Shown piece by piece: positions 14,082 through 27,587 of a stretch of 64,000 bases of DNA (positions within the stretch are counted from its first letter, which is position 1; every line of letters begins with the position of its first letter). The DNA lies in the NCBI GenBank assembly GCA_951406725.2, contig OX597819.1:127782001-127846000 (forward strand). Reading direction: 5' to 3'. The notes under the pieces were generated by a model. That model saw only the letters and a list, made by a program, of their open reading frames with translations, had not been told where the DNA came from and did no database searches. The position numbers and the translations under genes were made by a program. This stretch comes from Octopus vulgaris (taxonomy: Eukaryota).

Positions 14082-14878
14082 GATGGTGGTGGTGTTGGCG
14101 TTGGTGGTTTGTGGAAGAAAACATGACAGAATGGATGGACCAGACGCAATAGTCTGGCTGACTGTATACATGTAGTACAACACGGAGTCATGATGACAAG
14201 CCGTGCCCAGAGATAAGGAGGGCACCTGGCTAAGGGCTGATGGTGATACATCTTCTGATCTTTCTTCTCTCTTTAGTCTTCACTTCTATTTCATTGCCGT
14301 TTCATCGGTTAGTATGATCAGAATCATAGTCTTCACACATCACCAAATTTTTACTGAAACTGCCACCATATAGATCACTAGACTTCATGATGTATCCTCT
14401 ACATATTCTCTCAACTTGCAAGGAATAGCAGCCGAATCTGCCTCAGATCAGTGTTTGCCATCTTAAAAAACAAGGATTCATTTGATAACGCAGCACTGTA
14501 TACCCCCGTATATAGGGAAATGGTGACGGGTGTAGTGTCTGCTCTCCTCTTGCTAGAAATCTAGTTCTTTATCCTGTATCCAAGATAATGAATTTACTGA
14601 ATACTTCATACCTTAAATGTCTTTGTTTAGTGGTTTACTCGATCGGATCTGGTCTTCGGCTAAGTAACAGTATAATCGACTTAATCCCTTTGTCTGTCCT
14701 TGTTTGTCCCCTCTATGTTTAACCCCTTGTGGGTTAGTAAAGAAATATATATATAACACTTTTGAATGACAAAGCAACATGGTATACAGTTAAATAAGTG
14801 ATGATGAATATCATGAACAACAATTACGTGGGTTTAACCTACTCATTCGGTATATACCTACGTAAAAATTCGTCAAAA

Positions 14879-15273
14879 TCTTTATATATAAAAGAGAAGT
14901 TGTGTGTCTGTCTCCTACGATTTAGATTCCTAACTACTCCCACATTTTGCGGTGCAGTTTAACCAAAACCGGGTATCTTATAGTCGTGATTCATATCGAG
15001 CCCTTCTGAGTATTAGCGCGCGTCTACGATGAGTCTACGATTTAAAAAAAAATTACCATCATTTTTTTCCATTTTAATGCATTTTTTAGCTATTATATAA
15101 GGGAAGTAACTCTCTAAAAATGTCTACGATGAGTCAACGATTAAAAAAAATTTACCATCATTTTTTTTCCATTTTTAATGCATTTATTTGCTATTTTTTA
15201 GCTATAACTCTCTAAAAATGCTTATATAGTTATTTCCCTTACAAACCCGAGCAACGCCGGGCGATACTGCTAG
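14879..15273 (+). mobile_element. Non-autonomous Helitron
   Basis: A|TC...cccgagcaacgccgggcgatactgCTAG|T, inserted between A and T without TSD. Confidence 0.9.
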
Positions 15274-15519
15274 TAAAGTATAAGCTGATTATTGTTTCGG
15301 AACATGAACCATCTTCAGCGAAAAAGATTGTATAAGTCATACCTTGGTCGCACGATTGTTCTCCATATATTTTTAGTCCCTAAGGTGCAACTGTCTGGAA
15401 GAGTGAATGTTTTATCTACGACAAATTAAGGCAGAGTAATTTACGTTTTTGTTCAGGAACTTTAGTGGGTGTTGCACCAAGAGTAAAGACATGTAGTGCG
15501 AGCTTCCCGAAATTTCGTT

Positions 15520-16235
15520 TTCACTCAAGATGATCGAACGTTTTCGAGCAAAGTTATTGAATGAAGTTTAGCCAGAAGCCTTGGTAATACACAAACTGAA
15601 ACCGTTCAGAAGATTCATCAGATATTTGGCGATGATGTTATGGGCAACACTCTGATGAAGTAGTGGTACAACCACTTCAAACATTGCCGTACCTCAGTGG
15701 GGAGCAAGGCACACTGAGGCAGGCCATCACAGGCACAAACGAGGAGCCGATTGAGAAGGTTCGGTGAATAGGCATGGGAGACTGACATAACATTCCAGGA
15801 TATTATTCATAATCCAGGATCTGTGCATTTCCTTTTAATGAAGGATTTATGCATGCGGAGTTTGTCAGCGACAAAGAAGTCGGATACCTTTTGAACACAG
15901 CTCGTAATCCAAGCTTTCCTGATCAAGAACAACACATCACTTGTTCGACAATCTCCCTACTCTCCCAAATCGGCACCGTGCGACTTGTGACTCTTCTCAA
16001 ACTGAAAAGCGGACTGAAAAGAAAGCGATATGAGTCGCGAGAGAACAATATGAGAAAAGCGACGGCGAAGCTCCATACATTTCCAGAGAAGGCATTCCAG
16101 AGATGTTACCAACAGTGGCAGACCCGCTGAGAGAAGTGCGCGAACTCTCAAGAGGAGTATTTTGTAGATTATATAAAATTTGTGAAATGTACAATTTTTT
16201 TTTTATGCCCAAAGGTCGGACACATGTTGAAAGCA
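15520..16235 (+). mobile_element. Decayed, internally deleted mariner transposase
   Basis: N-terminal HTH remnants (FGDD, WYNHFK, GRPS), PYSPKSAPCDL (YSPDLAP motif), AFQRCYQQWQTR; stops and frameshifts. Confidence 0.85.
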
Positions 16236-16239
16236 ACTA

Positions 16240-16281
<42 letters not shown>

Positions 16282-16369
16282 TATATATATAAACCTTTGA
16301 ACTTTACGTAAAACTGTTATTATTGTCATTACTTTATTTTTATATTTATTTTTATACTTTCTAAACTTT

Positions 16370-16551
16370 CCTGTAGCCACTACACACATTTTTTTCTCTC
16401 CTTGTTTCTCTTCTTGTTTTTCTGTTTCCTTTTCTGTAGAAGAGCGTAGGCTCGAAACGTAAAGGACTTTTTGTATTCCTGAGCGTTATACTAAAACATC
16501 TGTTTGCTTTGTACACCACCTGTCTTCGCATTTGTTTTTTTCGTAAATTCT

Positions 16552-16556
<5 letters not shown>
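16370..16556 (+). mobile_element. Short Penelope pLTR-like repeat with hammerhead motif (core mutated)
   Basis: CTGTAGA-A-GAGC-GTAG-GCTC-GAAAC-GTA at 16434-16461; homologous to 54315-54500. Confidence 0.7.
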
Positions 16557-16594
<38 letters not shown>

Positions 16595-16682
16595 TATATA
16601 TATATGCACATATATATTTATATATATATATATGTATATATGTATGTATATATGTATGCACATATATATATATATATATATG

Positions 16683-16736
<54 letters not shown>

Positions 16737-16864
16737 TATATGTATGTATATATGTATATGTATACATGTATGTATATATGTATGTGTGTGTACGCGTTTG
16801 TGTATGTGTGTGTGTGTGTGTGACTGTCTGTGTGTGGCCGTCTGGGTATGTGTGCTTTTTTGTT

Positions 16865-17500
16865 TCTTCCTCAACACCGCTTGACAATTGATGTTGGTCT
16901 ATGTCTCTGTAATATACCGGTCGGTCAAAAAAGGCTGATAGAATAAGTACCAAGCTTAAAAAATAAGTACTGGGGTCGATTTCTTTGATTAAACTCTCCA
17001 AGGCGATTTCGCAGCAGGGCTGCAGTCCAATGATTGAAACCAGTACAAGACAAAAAACATATAAACATATATACGGCTGTGTGGTAGAGAAAGCTTGCTA
17101 CCCAGACACATCGTTCCGGCTTCAGTCTCTCTGCGTTGCACCTTCGTCAACTGTCTTGAACTATACCCTTGGGCCAAGAAAGGCCTTGCGAGTGGATTTG
17201 GTAGACGGAAACTGAAAGAAGCCCGTCGTTTATGTATATGTGTGTGCGCGTGCATGCGGAGGTCTTTATGTGTGTTTGTGTGTGCATGTGTGTGTGCGTG
17301 CGTGTGTGTGTCTTTGTGTCTATTTTTGTCGCTTGATAACCGGTGTTGGTGTGTTTAAGTCCCAGCAATTTAGCGGTTTGGCTAAACAATCCGATAGAAT
17401 AAGTATCAAGCTTAAAAAGGCGTCTTGGAATCGATTCATGAGACTAAAACCCCTTCAAGGCGGTGCTCCAACATGGCCACAGTCAAATGACTGAAATAAG
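16865..17500 (+). mobile_element. SINE family B: 3' half (16865-17050) followed by a full-length copy (17073-17500)
   Basis: gtggatttggtagacggaaactgaaagaagcccgtcg and ggcggtgctccaacatggccacagtcaaatgactgaaa. Confidence 0.85.
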
Positions 17501-17627
17501 TAAGAATTGCGTGTAATTGTTCTTGCTCAGTCTCAATAGATGAGACATGTGAGACAAGGAACTTCAACCTTGGGTATCTCTTCTTTTTGCAGGAACTGCA
17601 TACCACGTTTTGCATGATCCAGACACT

Positions 17628-17629
<2 letters not shown>

Positions 17630-17662
<33 letters not shown>

Positions 17663-17905
17663 TAGGGAGGGAGAGATAGGGATAGGGAGGGAGAGAGAGA
17701 GATAGGGAGGGAGAGAGAGAGATAGGGAGAGATAGGGAGAGGAAGAGAGAGATAGGGATAGGGAGAGGGAGATAGGGAGAGAGAGAGGGAGATAGGGAAA
17801 GGGAGAGAGAGAAATAGGGATAGAGAGAGAGGGATAGGGATAGAGAGAGAGAGATAGGGATAGAGAGAGAGAGAGGGGGGATAGGGAGAGAGGCCGAGAC
17901 TGACA
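17630..17905. repeat. Polypurine (GA/GATAGG) tract
   Basis: Direct reading. Confidence 0.95.
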
Positions 17906-18399
17906 GACAGAGAGGCTGAAGGAGATTCGAAAGCTATTTCTAACAAGTAGAGTGTGTATGCAGTGGTACCCTTAATGCACAGACAAAGAGGCATACACCA
18001 GTTGCCCTGCGTGCACATAAAAGTATGCGCGTGAGTTGTGTCGGTTTTACACTACAGCTGGAAGGAGGTTAATTAGTAAATTATTTCATTCAAATAGTTA
18101 TTCCACTAATTAGGAAGTTATAACTCTTGATGTATTAATTTCAAATTATTTTCCATTTTCATAAAAATGAATTAGATTTGCTTAAAATTTTCTTAATTTC
18201 CTATATTTTCTTGTATATATACACACATTCAACAGACGCACAGGCAAATGTGATACATAAATCATATAAACGCACACACACATACACAAACACATACACA
18301 CTCACATATATATATATATTTAAATATCAATTATTCTATATAAATTATATATAATACGATATTTATATCCTACCCTTATAATTACACACACAGACATAC

Positions 18400-18454
18400 A
18401 CACATGCATATATATGTATTTGGTGCGTATATATATAGGTATGTGTATGTGTGC

Positions 18455-18504
<50 letters not shown>

Positions 18505-18512
18505 GTATACAT

Positions 18513-18565
<53 letters not shown>

Positions 18566-18604
18566 CATATAGGTATACATACACACTCACATATATATAT
18601 ATAC

Positions 18605-18671
<67 letters not shown>

Positions 18672-18800
18672 TATTATATATATATATATATATAAGTATG
18701 TATATATATATATAAGTATGTATATGTATATATATTTTATATATATTATATATATATATATATATAAATTTATATATATATATACACATATACATACATA
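18400..18800. repeat. (TA)n-rich microsatellite
   Basis: Direct reading. Confidence 0.95.
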
Positions 18801-19002
18801 CAAATACAATCATACGGGGAAGTATTATAAGCATACATATCTCAGTTACGTATTATTACAGGACATACTAATACAACCAGAAAGCAAGAAAGCCCTCTGA
18901 CGCATATCCGCATATACATTACCAATATACACACATAAAATCGCAAAGGACATAGTACCCATTCACTCACTATTACATTTTGTTTATACCCACCATGCTA
19001 TA

Positions 19003-19040
<38 letters not shown>

Positions 19041-19403
19041 AGACGTACACATTCAGAGAGACCTGTAGAAGCTGATATACACTTGGGTACATTTACACAT
19101 TTATGCAACAAAGCGTGAATATGCTTTTGCATGACACGTGTGCTCATTCATCGAAACAAGGAAATACTCAATTAAATTGGAGAATCGTTAATTCATAATT
19201 AATAAATATGTATATACTCATGTGCGTGAGTGCGTGCGCGTGTGTAACACGAATAGAAAATATTAAGATTTCCGTCAGTACAAAGGCGAAAGAAAGAAGT
19301 AAATTCGGGACTGGGTTATTCCATCGGATCAAATCGCGATATAAATCAACTGATTTTTAGGCGAGCAAAGTAAATTGTAAAAACTGATTCAGTTGCAAGG
19401 TGC

Positions 19404-19854
19404 GGATCTTTTCGGTTTGAACGGCAGTTTTTTCTAGCGGTGTCATATGAAATTGTCACCCATAATCATGACCCTAGTATCGATCTGTTGCATTTCAATC
19501 TGTTTTAGGGTTAGGGTTAGAGTTAGGGTTAGTTAGGGTTAGTTAGGGTTCGGGTTAGGGGTGGGGGGAAGGGTATATTTTTTCTTCAGAAATGTAAATA
19601 AACCCAATCTGTTTCTTAAACGAAGGACATATTCATACGGCACAGAATGCTTTCACCTCAATAGACGTCATTGATTGGTTGAAATTGCAGAAATTGAAAA
19701 AAAACAACAGATATCTTACAAACTATAAAATTTTCTCAATAAATCCAAGAGAAAAAGATGTTTTATAAACATATTCTACTAGTATACGAAGTTTAAAAGT
19801 GTTTAGTTACATGGAAATTATTTTAAAAAACTGCCGGTCAAACCGAAAAGATCC
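19404..19854. mobile_element. MITE with ~30 bp TIRs and 8 bp TSD (Merlin-like), containing TTAGGG repeats
   Basis: ggatcttttcggtttgaacggcagtttttt ... aaaaaactgccggtcaaaccgaaaagatcc; flanks caaggtgc / caaggtga. Confidence 0.85.
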
Positions 19855-20611
19855 CAAGGTGATGTTATAAGCACAAGATTTCAATTTTGTGCGTGCAGAC
19901 TCAATTAAATTGGCCCATTTATTGAAAAACTGAGGTTGTTTTGTTTCTTTTCCTCTTTTCTTTCTTTCTCAAAATTGATTGAAGTCAAAATGAAACTTCC
20001 GATTTTATCTCAAAATGTTAAGGGCTGAAACTAAATACTCCCATCATTCTATTCGATTCTCTCCTGAAAACGAAATACATTGCGGTATTTAGGGATGAAA
20101 CGCTAACAATTTGAACCATGCATTCACTTCTTGCATTGAACTTTTAAAGTTCAGCGCAGTCAACCATCACTCTCAATCGAGAAGCATGCATTTGCTAACT
20201 GTTTTAAGAACCGATGTAATCATGAGATAATGCGTTGAAAATATAAAATAGAAGCGATCGATCACGTGTAAGATATCTTCATTAGGTATATAAATTTATC
20301 AACATTTTGGCTTCCATTCTAGAGATGCCAGAGGTTCAATAGGCCTTTTTCTCAACAAGTACTGTATTGCTATATTTTGTTCTTGGATTATAAAAAAGAT
20401 TAAACTTATGACATGTCGCGTATTCCTTCCTGCCTTGTCTGTCGATTTCACTCTCTGCGCCCTGTCACTTTACAGAGAGGTGAATAGACTTTAGTAGAAC
20501 GTCAACAGTGTGTATCAGTATCAAAATCTTTATCAAACCTCCTCCTCCGCCTCATGTTTTTCTATTACGCTACATTATCCGAAAATAGTTTTTTTAATTT
20601 TTTTTTTTTAT

Positions 20612-20795
20612 AGAACCTGTATTTCAAAGGGCCGGCCTTGTCATACTCTGTGTCCCGCTGAATCTCTCTGAGAACTGCGTAAAGGGTACACGTGTCTGTG
20701 GAATGCCCAACCACTTGCACGTTAATTTCACGATCACGCTGTTCCGTTAATCGTATCAACTGGGACCCTCATCGCCCTAACCGACGGAGTGCTCC
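20612..20795 (+). mobile_element. SINE family C 3' part
   Basis: Reverse complement of 44321-44500. Confidence 0.85.
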
Positions 20796-21454
20796 AAAGC
20801 CTCCCTGGACCTCAAGTGGCCTGAACTCTTTACATGAACACCACCCTGTACTTAACTCCATGTCCCCCTACATGGCCTTGCTATTTGCTTTTGAGCCAAA
20901 TTAACTAACTAACTAACTAACTAACATCATGTATGTATGTATGTATGTATGTATGCATTCATGTCATTGTACGTATGGATGAGTATGTATGTTTATATTT
21001 GTATGTTTATATTTATATTCATATGTTTATATTTATTTATATTTGTTTATATTTGTTTATATTTGTATGTATGTTTATATTTGTGTATGTGTACATGTAC
21101 AGACACAGCAATGCCGAATGCTTAAAACATTTCGTTCGTCATCAGGATATCCTCTAATATGTCGAGCAGTTTACTTCTACCATACGTTCGGCTCCACGAA
21201 AGCCTTCAGAGTGAAACTGGGTCGAGGAAAACTGCGGATACATGTCACATGCATTGTACCTGCAATTCAAAGACACAGACTTGTTTCGCTGTATCACGCA
21301 GATTCCATGTGAAAATTACATTACGTGTCCGTAAAATGCTCAGCCTGTTACACGAGAAATGCACGGGTGGATAGTTTAGTTGATTGGGCAGCTGAAAACT
21401 AATTGCCAAAACCGGTGGACATACGTTTATTTTGTATGCATTTATTACAAAGTT

Positions 21455-21625
21455 CTATATTTAAGAGATGAGGAATTATGCACATTATTTACATTCGGCG
21501 GGTATTTTGTCCTCATCTTGTTTGTTGTTAACACAACGTTCTGGCTGATATACTCTCCAGCCTTCTTCAGGTGTCTAGGGGAAATTTCGAACTTGGATTC
21601 TCATTCCTAAGGTATTTTTCGATGT

Positions 21626-21630
<5 letters not shown>
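21455..21630 (-). mobile_element. Hammerhead-containing tail of the element at 21975-22265 (inverted copy, GAAA mutated)
   Basis: Minus strand GACAC-CTGAAGA-A-GGCTG..CAGCC-AGAAC-GTT-GTGTT at 21530-21575. Confidence 0.8.
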
Positions 21631-21684
<54 letters not shown>

Positions 21685-21687
21685 TAA

Positions 21688-21744
<57 letters not shown>

Positions 21745-21745
<1 letters not shown>

Positions 21746-21970
21746 GTGAGAGAGCAGTGCATGCCATCAAAGTGACACTGGGGTAAAATATACGAAGCCC
21801 AGTATACCCATCATGACTACCCGTCTGATAAGGGTACACTGGGCACATGCATTACAACCATATGTGCACGACATGGTGATCTCATATCAAGATAAACAGC
21901 ACATGACTTTGCGGGTGGGGCCCAGTTAGAATTTTCTTCTGATCGAATAACCCATCTCGCTCAAAAGGTC
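21745..21970 (-). mobile_element. Retroelement 3' end with (AAT)n tail, family unassigned
   Basis: GC-richer unit ending in an (AAT)n tract on the minus strand. Confidence 0.5.
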
Positions 21971-21974
21971 GCAC

Positions 21975-22045
21975 GGGCATATGGCCTAGTGGTTAAGAGC
22001 GCGGGCTACTAACCCCAAGATTCCGAGTTCGATTCCAAGCAGTGA

Positions 22046-22116
<71 letters not shown>

Positions 22117-22265
22117 TCGAAAAATACCTTAAGAACGAGAACTCAGGTTCGAAATTACCCTAAGCTACCTGAAGAAGGCTGGAAGGTATATCAGCCGAAA
22201 CGTTGTGTTAACACAAAGGATGAGAACAAATATCCGTCGAATGTAAATAATGTAAATAATGTGTA
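21975..22265 (+). mobile_element. tRNA-headed SINE-like element with (AAT)n linker and hammerhead ribozyme tail
   Basis: A-box tggcctagtgg, B-box gttcgattcc (22027-36); CTGAAGA-A-GGCTG..CAGCC-GAAAC-GTT at 22169-22204. Confidence 0.8.
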
Positions 22266-23095
22266 CAAACAAAGTTTGTAAATTCATTATTTAACCTATC
22301 GTTATATTCTGTTAACATGTATGTCTGCAGGAATTATTTTATTTATTTATTCCTATTTATTTTCTTCTTTACTAACAACCCTTCCACTTCGTCACTTTTA
22401 ATATCAAGTTCATATTTGATATGGTGATCAAAAAACAGCAAAAAAAAGTTTTACGTCAGAAGAAACTTTGTGCTTTTAGAGTGCAGAGTTAAAGGAAATT
22501 TAATTTGTGACATTAACTCTTTTCCGGGAGGATTAATGAAAGGCACGACCAAATCTGTGATCCTATCTTTCCTAAACTTATTAAAAGTTTTGAGTTTTCG
22601 GTTTCTTTTGCAAAGAAAACAGTTTGATATTCTTCTGTTAATGCTCATAAAGTTTTCATTAAATTTACGTATATTCTCTATTCAGAAAAAAATGTATGTA
22701 TATGGAATTGTGGATGCCCTTTATTAACATTTATTACTACTGTAGTACCTCTTTTTCTCGAGCCTACAGAAAACGTAAGTTCACTTCTCTATGTCCTGAG
22801 TTCAAGTTCAAATCTCATAGGTCTCAACTTTGCTTTCCGTTCATCAGAGCTTCAAAATACCTCCCCACAACAGTGGATTGGGGAAAATACATCAGAACAG
22901 TTACTTTGTGGTATCTTTTTCGGCCTTTTATGTTCCGAATTCAAATTTCACCTTCCATCACTGGCCTCTTTGTGGTGGGAAACAGATCATTCGCGACTTG
23001 GATGGAACGACGCATAGTGTCGAGCAATATCTCGGTTGAATCTATAAAACCAGCTGACGCTGATTTTGTGGACGTGGTACGTTCCATAGTAAAAA

Positions 23096-23321
23096 GGCGG
23101 TGAGCAGGCAGAAATGTTAGCACGCCGGGCGAATGCGTAGCCGTATTTCGTCTGCCGTTACGTTCTGAATTCAAATTCCGCCGAGGTCGACTTTGCTTTT
23201 CATCCTTTCGGGGTCGATAAATTAAGTACCAGTTACGCACTGGGGTCGATATAATCGACTTAAACCGTTTGTCTGTCTTTGTTTGTCCTGTGTTTAGCTC
23301 CTTGTGGGTAGTAAAGAAATA
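23096..23321 (+). mobile_element. SINE family A monomer
   Basis: TSD ggtac(g/a)ttccatagta (23076-91 / 23322-37). Confidence 0.92.
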
Positions 23322-24690
23322 GGTACATTCCATAGTATATGCTAAATGGATATTGCCTAAAAAGTTGTCGATGTTTGTGACTAGAAACCTTTGATCATAG
23401 GATTCAAGTCATTTCTCCTTCAATCAAACATCTGTGTATTTTTTTTTTCAGATATTGTGTTATTTTCTTCCTTTGTTTTTAAAGCTAACTTAATAATTTG
23501 GGAGAGATTTGGGTACAGTTTTAAAAAGTTCAAAAAGCCAATACGAAGCCCCTACTTTGGCACTGCATGTTTTATTATTATTTAGCTCAGGGTCATATAC
23601 GTTGGGGTAGACCTACGATCAAAAACATTCCAGCCGAGTTGAATGATCATCCGGATTTTCAGGGTTCTCTAGGACTACATAATCTTACGTGTCCCAGTCC
23701 TTTCCTAAAACGGATGGATAGAACTTCTGGAACATTTTGTTGTTATTTCCAGTAGATTACATTTATTACATTCGCTCGTTACTTCCAGAAAAGTATCGAG
23801 CGAAAGAGGGAGCCTCACGTTAGATGGCGATAAATTTGTTACTAACTGAATTCTAATTGTTTTTTACTACTTAGAACGAGAAACATTCTACCATTGATTT
23901 GTGTGGTCTGCTGCTATTTCTTTCTTCTGTCTATGCACTATTGACACTTCAATACAAACAGTTAAAAAAAAGCAATCAAATTTTTTCTCAAATTCCTTGT
24001 CACCAACAGAATACGAATTGTATAGCAACACAAACAGCAGAGACGTATTTTTGGTAACATCAAACTCGTGTGTGCACTCCTCGTTAACAATTTTCCTCAA
24101 AAGTAGGAATATTGAGTAAATATTATACAAGACCACCTCTCTCTCTCTCCCTCCCTCTCTCCCTTTTCTATTGCAACAACAAGGACATCCGATTCTCTGA
24201 ACTTGCTGGTCCAGTAGCATCTCTTCCCTAGCATTCTCTGTCTCTCTGAGACATTTAGAAATTCAATATTTCTAATTTCGGTGACCAGTGAATAGATTGC
24301 ACTGTAAATATATATATATTTGCGAATCCTTGGCGGGCATCTTCAACTAGCAGGACTGGATACCCTGGACTAATAAACGAGCAAAGACTCAGAAACATGT
24401 CTCTGGATGCAGGCCTAGCTGGTGGGGGTGCTTGTCTCCCCTTTGCAAATATAAGGACACAGGTAATGTGTCAAAGCCGACAGGAAGCGTTGTTTCCTAG
24501 GGCTAAATAGCGGTGTTGTGATTCCCTTTACGGGACTTTCACGTTAAGTTGACAGCATACAACCGCTCTAATTTGTTATCGTTTTCCATTATAAGAAACC
24601 GCCGCTACTGGAACGCTTTGTTCGTGAATGTGCTTCATCAGTGAGGACCTGGGACTAAACAATAGTAATAACAGCAGTATTAAAGGAAAA

Positions 24691-25042
24691 GTGAAGGCGC
24701 ATGGCTCAGTGGTTAGAGCGTCGAGCTTACGATCGTGAGGTTGTGAGTTCGAATTCCGGACCGGGCTGCGTGTTGTGTTCTTGAGCAAGACACTTTATTT
24801 CACGTTGCTCCGGTTAACTCAGCTGTAGAAATGAGTTGCAACGTCACAGGTGCCAAGCTGTATCGGCCCCTTTGCCTTTCTTTCCCTTGGATAACACTGG
24901 TGGCGTGGAGAGGGGAAGCCGGTATGCATGGGCGACTGCTGGTCTTCCATAAACAACCTTGCCCGGATTTGCGCCTGGGAGGGTAACTTTCTAGGTGCAA
25001 TCCCACGGTCAGTCATGACCGAAGGGGGTCTCAATCAATCTA
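24691..25042 (+). mobile_element. tRNA-derived SINE, family D (CORE/V-like central motif)
   Basis: tggctcagtgg A-box, gagttcgaattcc B-box, gtgttcttgagcaagacact; TSD attaaaggaaaa (24679-90 / 25043-54). Confidence 0.88.
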
Positions 25043-26932
25043 ATTAAAGGAAAAAGGATTACAATATCAGCACAAGAGCACATATTTCGGCAAAGGACAC
25101 GGATTAATAAAGAGATTTAGCATTTTACTGGTACCTACATTATAGGACACCTCCGACGTCCAAAAGACTGTAAGGGGGAGAAAATCAATCTGAATTCGAA
25201 CCAAGAATATATAGCTACGTAGCTAAATACCACAAGACATTTTTGATCATCGCTTCACCATTTTCTCCACACTAACGCCCATTGTAATAATAGTTTCTTT
25301 TTGTTTTAATAATAATAGTAATGATAATAATAATAATTATTATTATCATTATTATTATTATTATTATGATAATTCCCCAAAGCCACTTCATTGTTTTCAT
25401 TTGCGTTAATAGTGTTTAGTAGTCTTTTTCTTTGTTGTTGCTGCTGTTTTTGATGTTTTTAAATATTTCTTTACTGAATTCTATGTAATCAGCATCTCCC
25501 CTGTTGAATCATTAGTGGAACGCATGGCCAACTTCAAACTATGATCAAATAGATTCATAGGCGTTTCTCGAATAATTGATCATATTACTATATCTATTAT
25601 TTACAATAGAAATATAGTCGTCAATCTAGATATGATTGGTTGTATTGTTGAATTGTTATATATTATATACAAGTGATACCATGTGTGAATTTTATGACTC
25701 TACCGTTAAGTTAGTGGTCTAAAGGTACAGATAGTAGTATTTGGTTGTAATTTTGAGCGCTCGTTTCGGATCACATCTGTTATTTTTACCTCTTCACTTT
25801 TAGGTTAATGACTTGTGCTTTCTCCACCCGTGACCTAACAACAATATTTACATATACGGGCAGAATGGTTAAAAATTATCCCGCTTTATTATTATCGTTT
25901 GCTTAAAGTAAAAAGGTATTACTTTTAGACTATCAAATCAATATGGTGCCAGCACGAAATCGATTTCGGTGATCATCTGCCGAGATCTTCTGTCTAGGTT
26001 TTTGTTGTTCTTGTTTGGCCCCACTTCATCTCAGACTGAAGCTATTAATAGCGTTCCAGTCATGACCATTTCATCCTTTACTCAATCATGTATCCAAGAT
26101 CCAATTATCTAATAAACCCATAACCTTTTGAGATAGTATGACATGATTTAAAGGCTATTTGGATGTAATTCTAGATCGAGTGACCCACCGAGGCCTCCCT
26201 AGAGCATACTTCTAAGGGTCTACTTTATGTTTATAAACGATGAGACCCGAGCCGAGATTAAACCCTTCCAACCAGTGGTATCGTTGCTTCTGTTTTAACA
26301 AAGTGAAGGGGACACATTGTTAAAAATGATATCGTTGATGTTGATAGCAGAGTGTCTTTGACCATAGGTGCGTTTGTTCAGCGAAAATGTTGGGGAAGAA
26401 TCCCCGTATGCTGCGCTCCCGATCTGACAATCCAATGAGAGAAAAGCACACACACCATTATCTCAAAAAAGGAAGGAAAGAAACTGTATCTACCTTTATA
26501 CTAAAAGACGAGGTGGTCACGGAATGAAGGCTTATAATCTTTGGCCATGCATCTATTGATTAATGCGTAGAGAAATAGGATGTTGGTATATTATCAAGCG
26601 ATCTTCCCTCCTCTCTCTCTCTCCTTCTTTCTCTTTCTCTTTCTTTCTCTCTCTCTCTCTCTCTCTCACTCTCTCTCTCACTCTCTCTGTCTTAAATAAT
26701 CGTGCAGATATCACAAAAAGCTCCTCTTACTAACTCAGCAGATATTGTAAACAATTACAAAGAAGTAAATGTAACACAGAATGTCCTTGTAACTGAAAAT
26801 CCAGTTCCAACCGATGATACACAAACACACACACACACACACACACACACATGCACATACACACACACATATATATACATACATATACATATATACACAT
26901 ACATATATACAGAGAGACACACACACACACAC

Positions 26933-26968
<36 letters not shown>

Positions 26969-27019
26969 TTAAACTTACTGTTGACAAACCCTGTGTGGCG
27001 TTCAATTATAAATAATTAA

Positions 27020-27182
27020 AAATACACATTAAGTACAGGACATCACCAGCGAGTGAAAAATACATGGACAAAGGAGAGATAAGTACTGGACAAATACCAA
27101 AAAAGTACACATTAAGTACAGGATGTAATCAACGAGTGGAAAATACAGAAACGCACAAATATAAGTAGCGAACAAAATACCG
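27020..27182. repeat. Diverged tandem duplication of an ~80 bp unit
   Basis: tacacattaagtacagga..cgagtg.aaaataca..ataagta..aaatacc occurs twice. Confidence 0.75.
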
Positions 27183-27550
27183 CATGAAATCTAACTCCTC
27201 CTCAGTTGTCGACTGCTTATTTCTACCTGTTTCGAGCTTTCAACGACAAGATAGGAAACCTTAAAAGAGCAGCATCCAGAAATTGTAAAAATATAAAATT
27301 TGTGGAGAGTTAGAGCTTCAAACAAACAAAGAACGACAGAATGGACGTACAGAGTAAACAATCGAAGAAGATAAACATTTAAGGGTCGTTCGGCCAAGAT
27401 GCATCGTAATGGAAGAACGCCTGGGAGAAATTTTCAAAGGATACATATATATATACTTTATAATTAGGGTTCAGTAAAGATTTGCTTTTTCATGCCGAAT
27501 TCTACTTAGTGAAATTATTGATTACTTCTTAATTAATTAATTTTACCCTT

Positions 27551-27582
<32 letters not shown>

Positions 27583-27587
<5 letters not shown>

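Noticed and set aside
19505-19573. True telomere or chromosome fusion site
   Set aside because: Short, degenerate and enclosed by TIRs and a TSD
21975-22048. Genuine tRNA gene (also the heads at 24695, 32414 and 44698)
   Set aside because: Acceptor stems do not pair and the heads run into repeat bodies, so they are SINE heads
26702-26820. Possible host exon (QISQKAPLTNSADIV...) after a pyrimidine tract
   Set aside because: No recognisable homology and only a weak donor site
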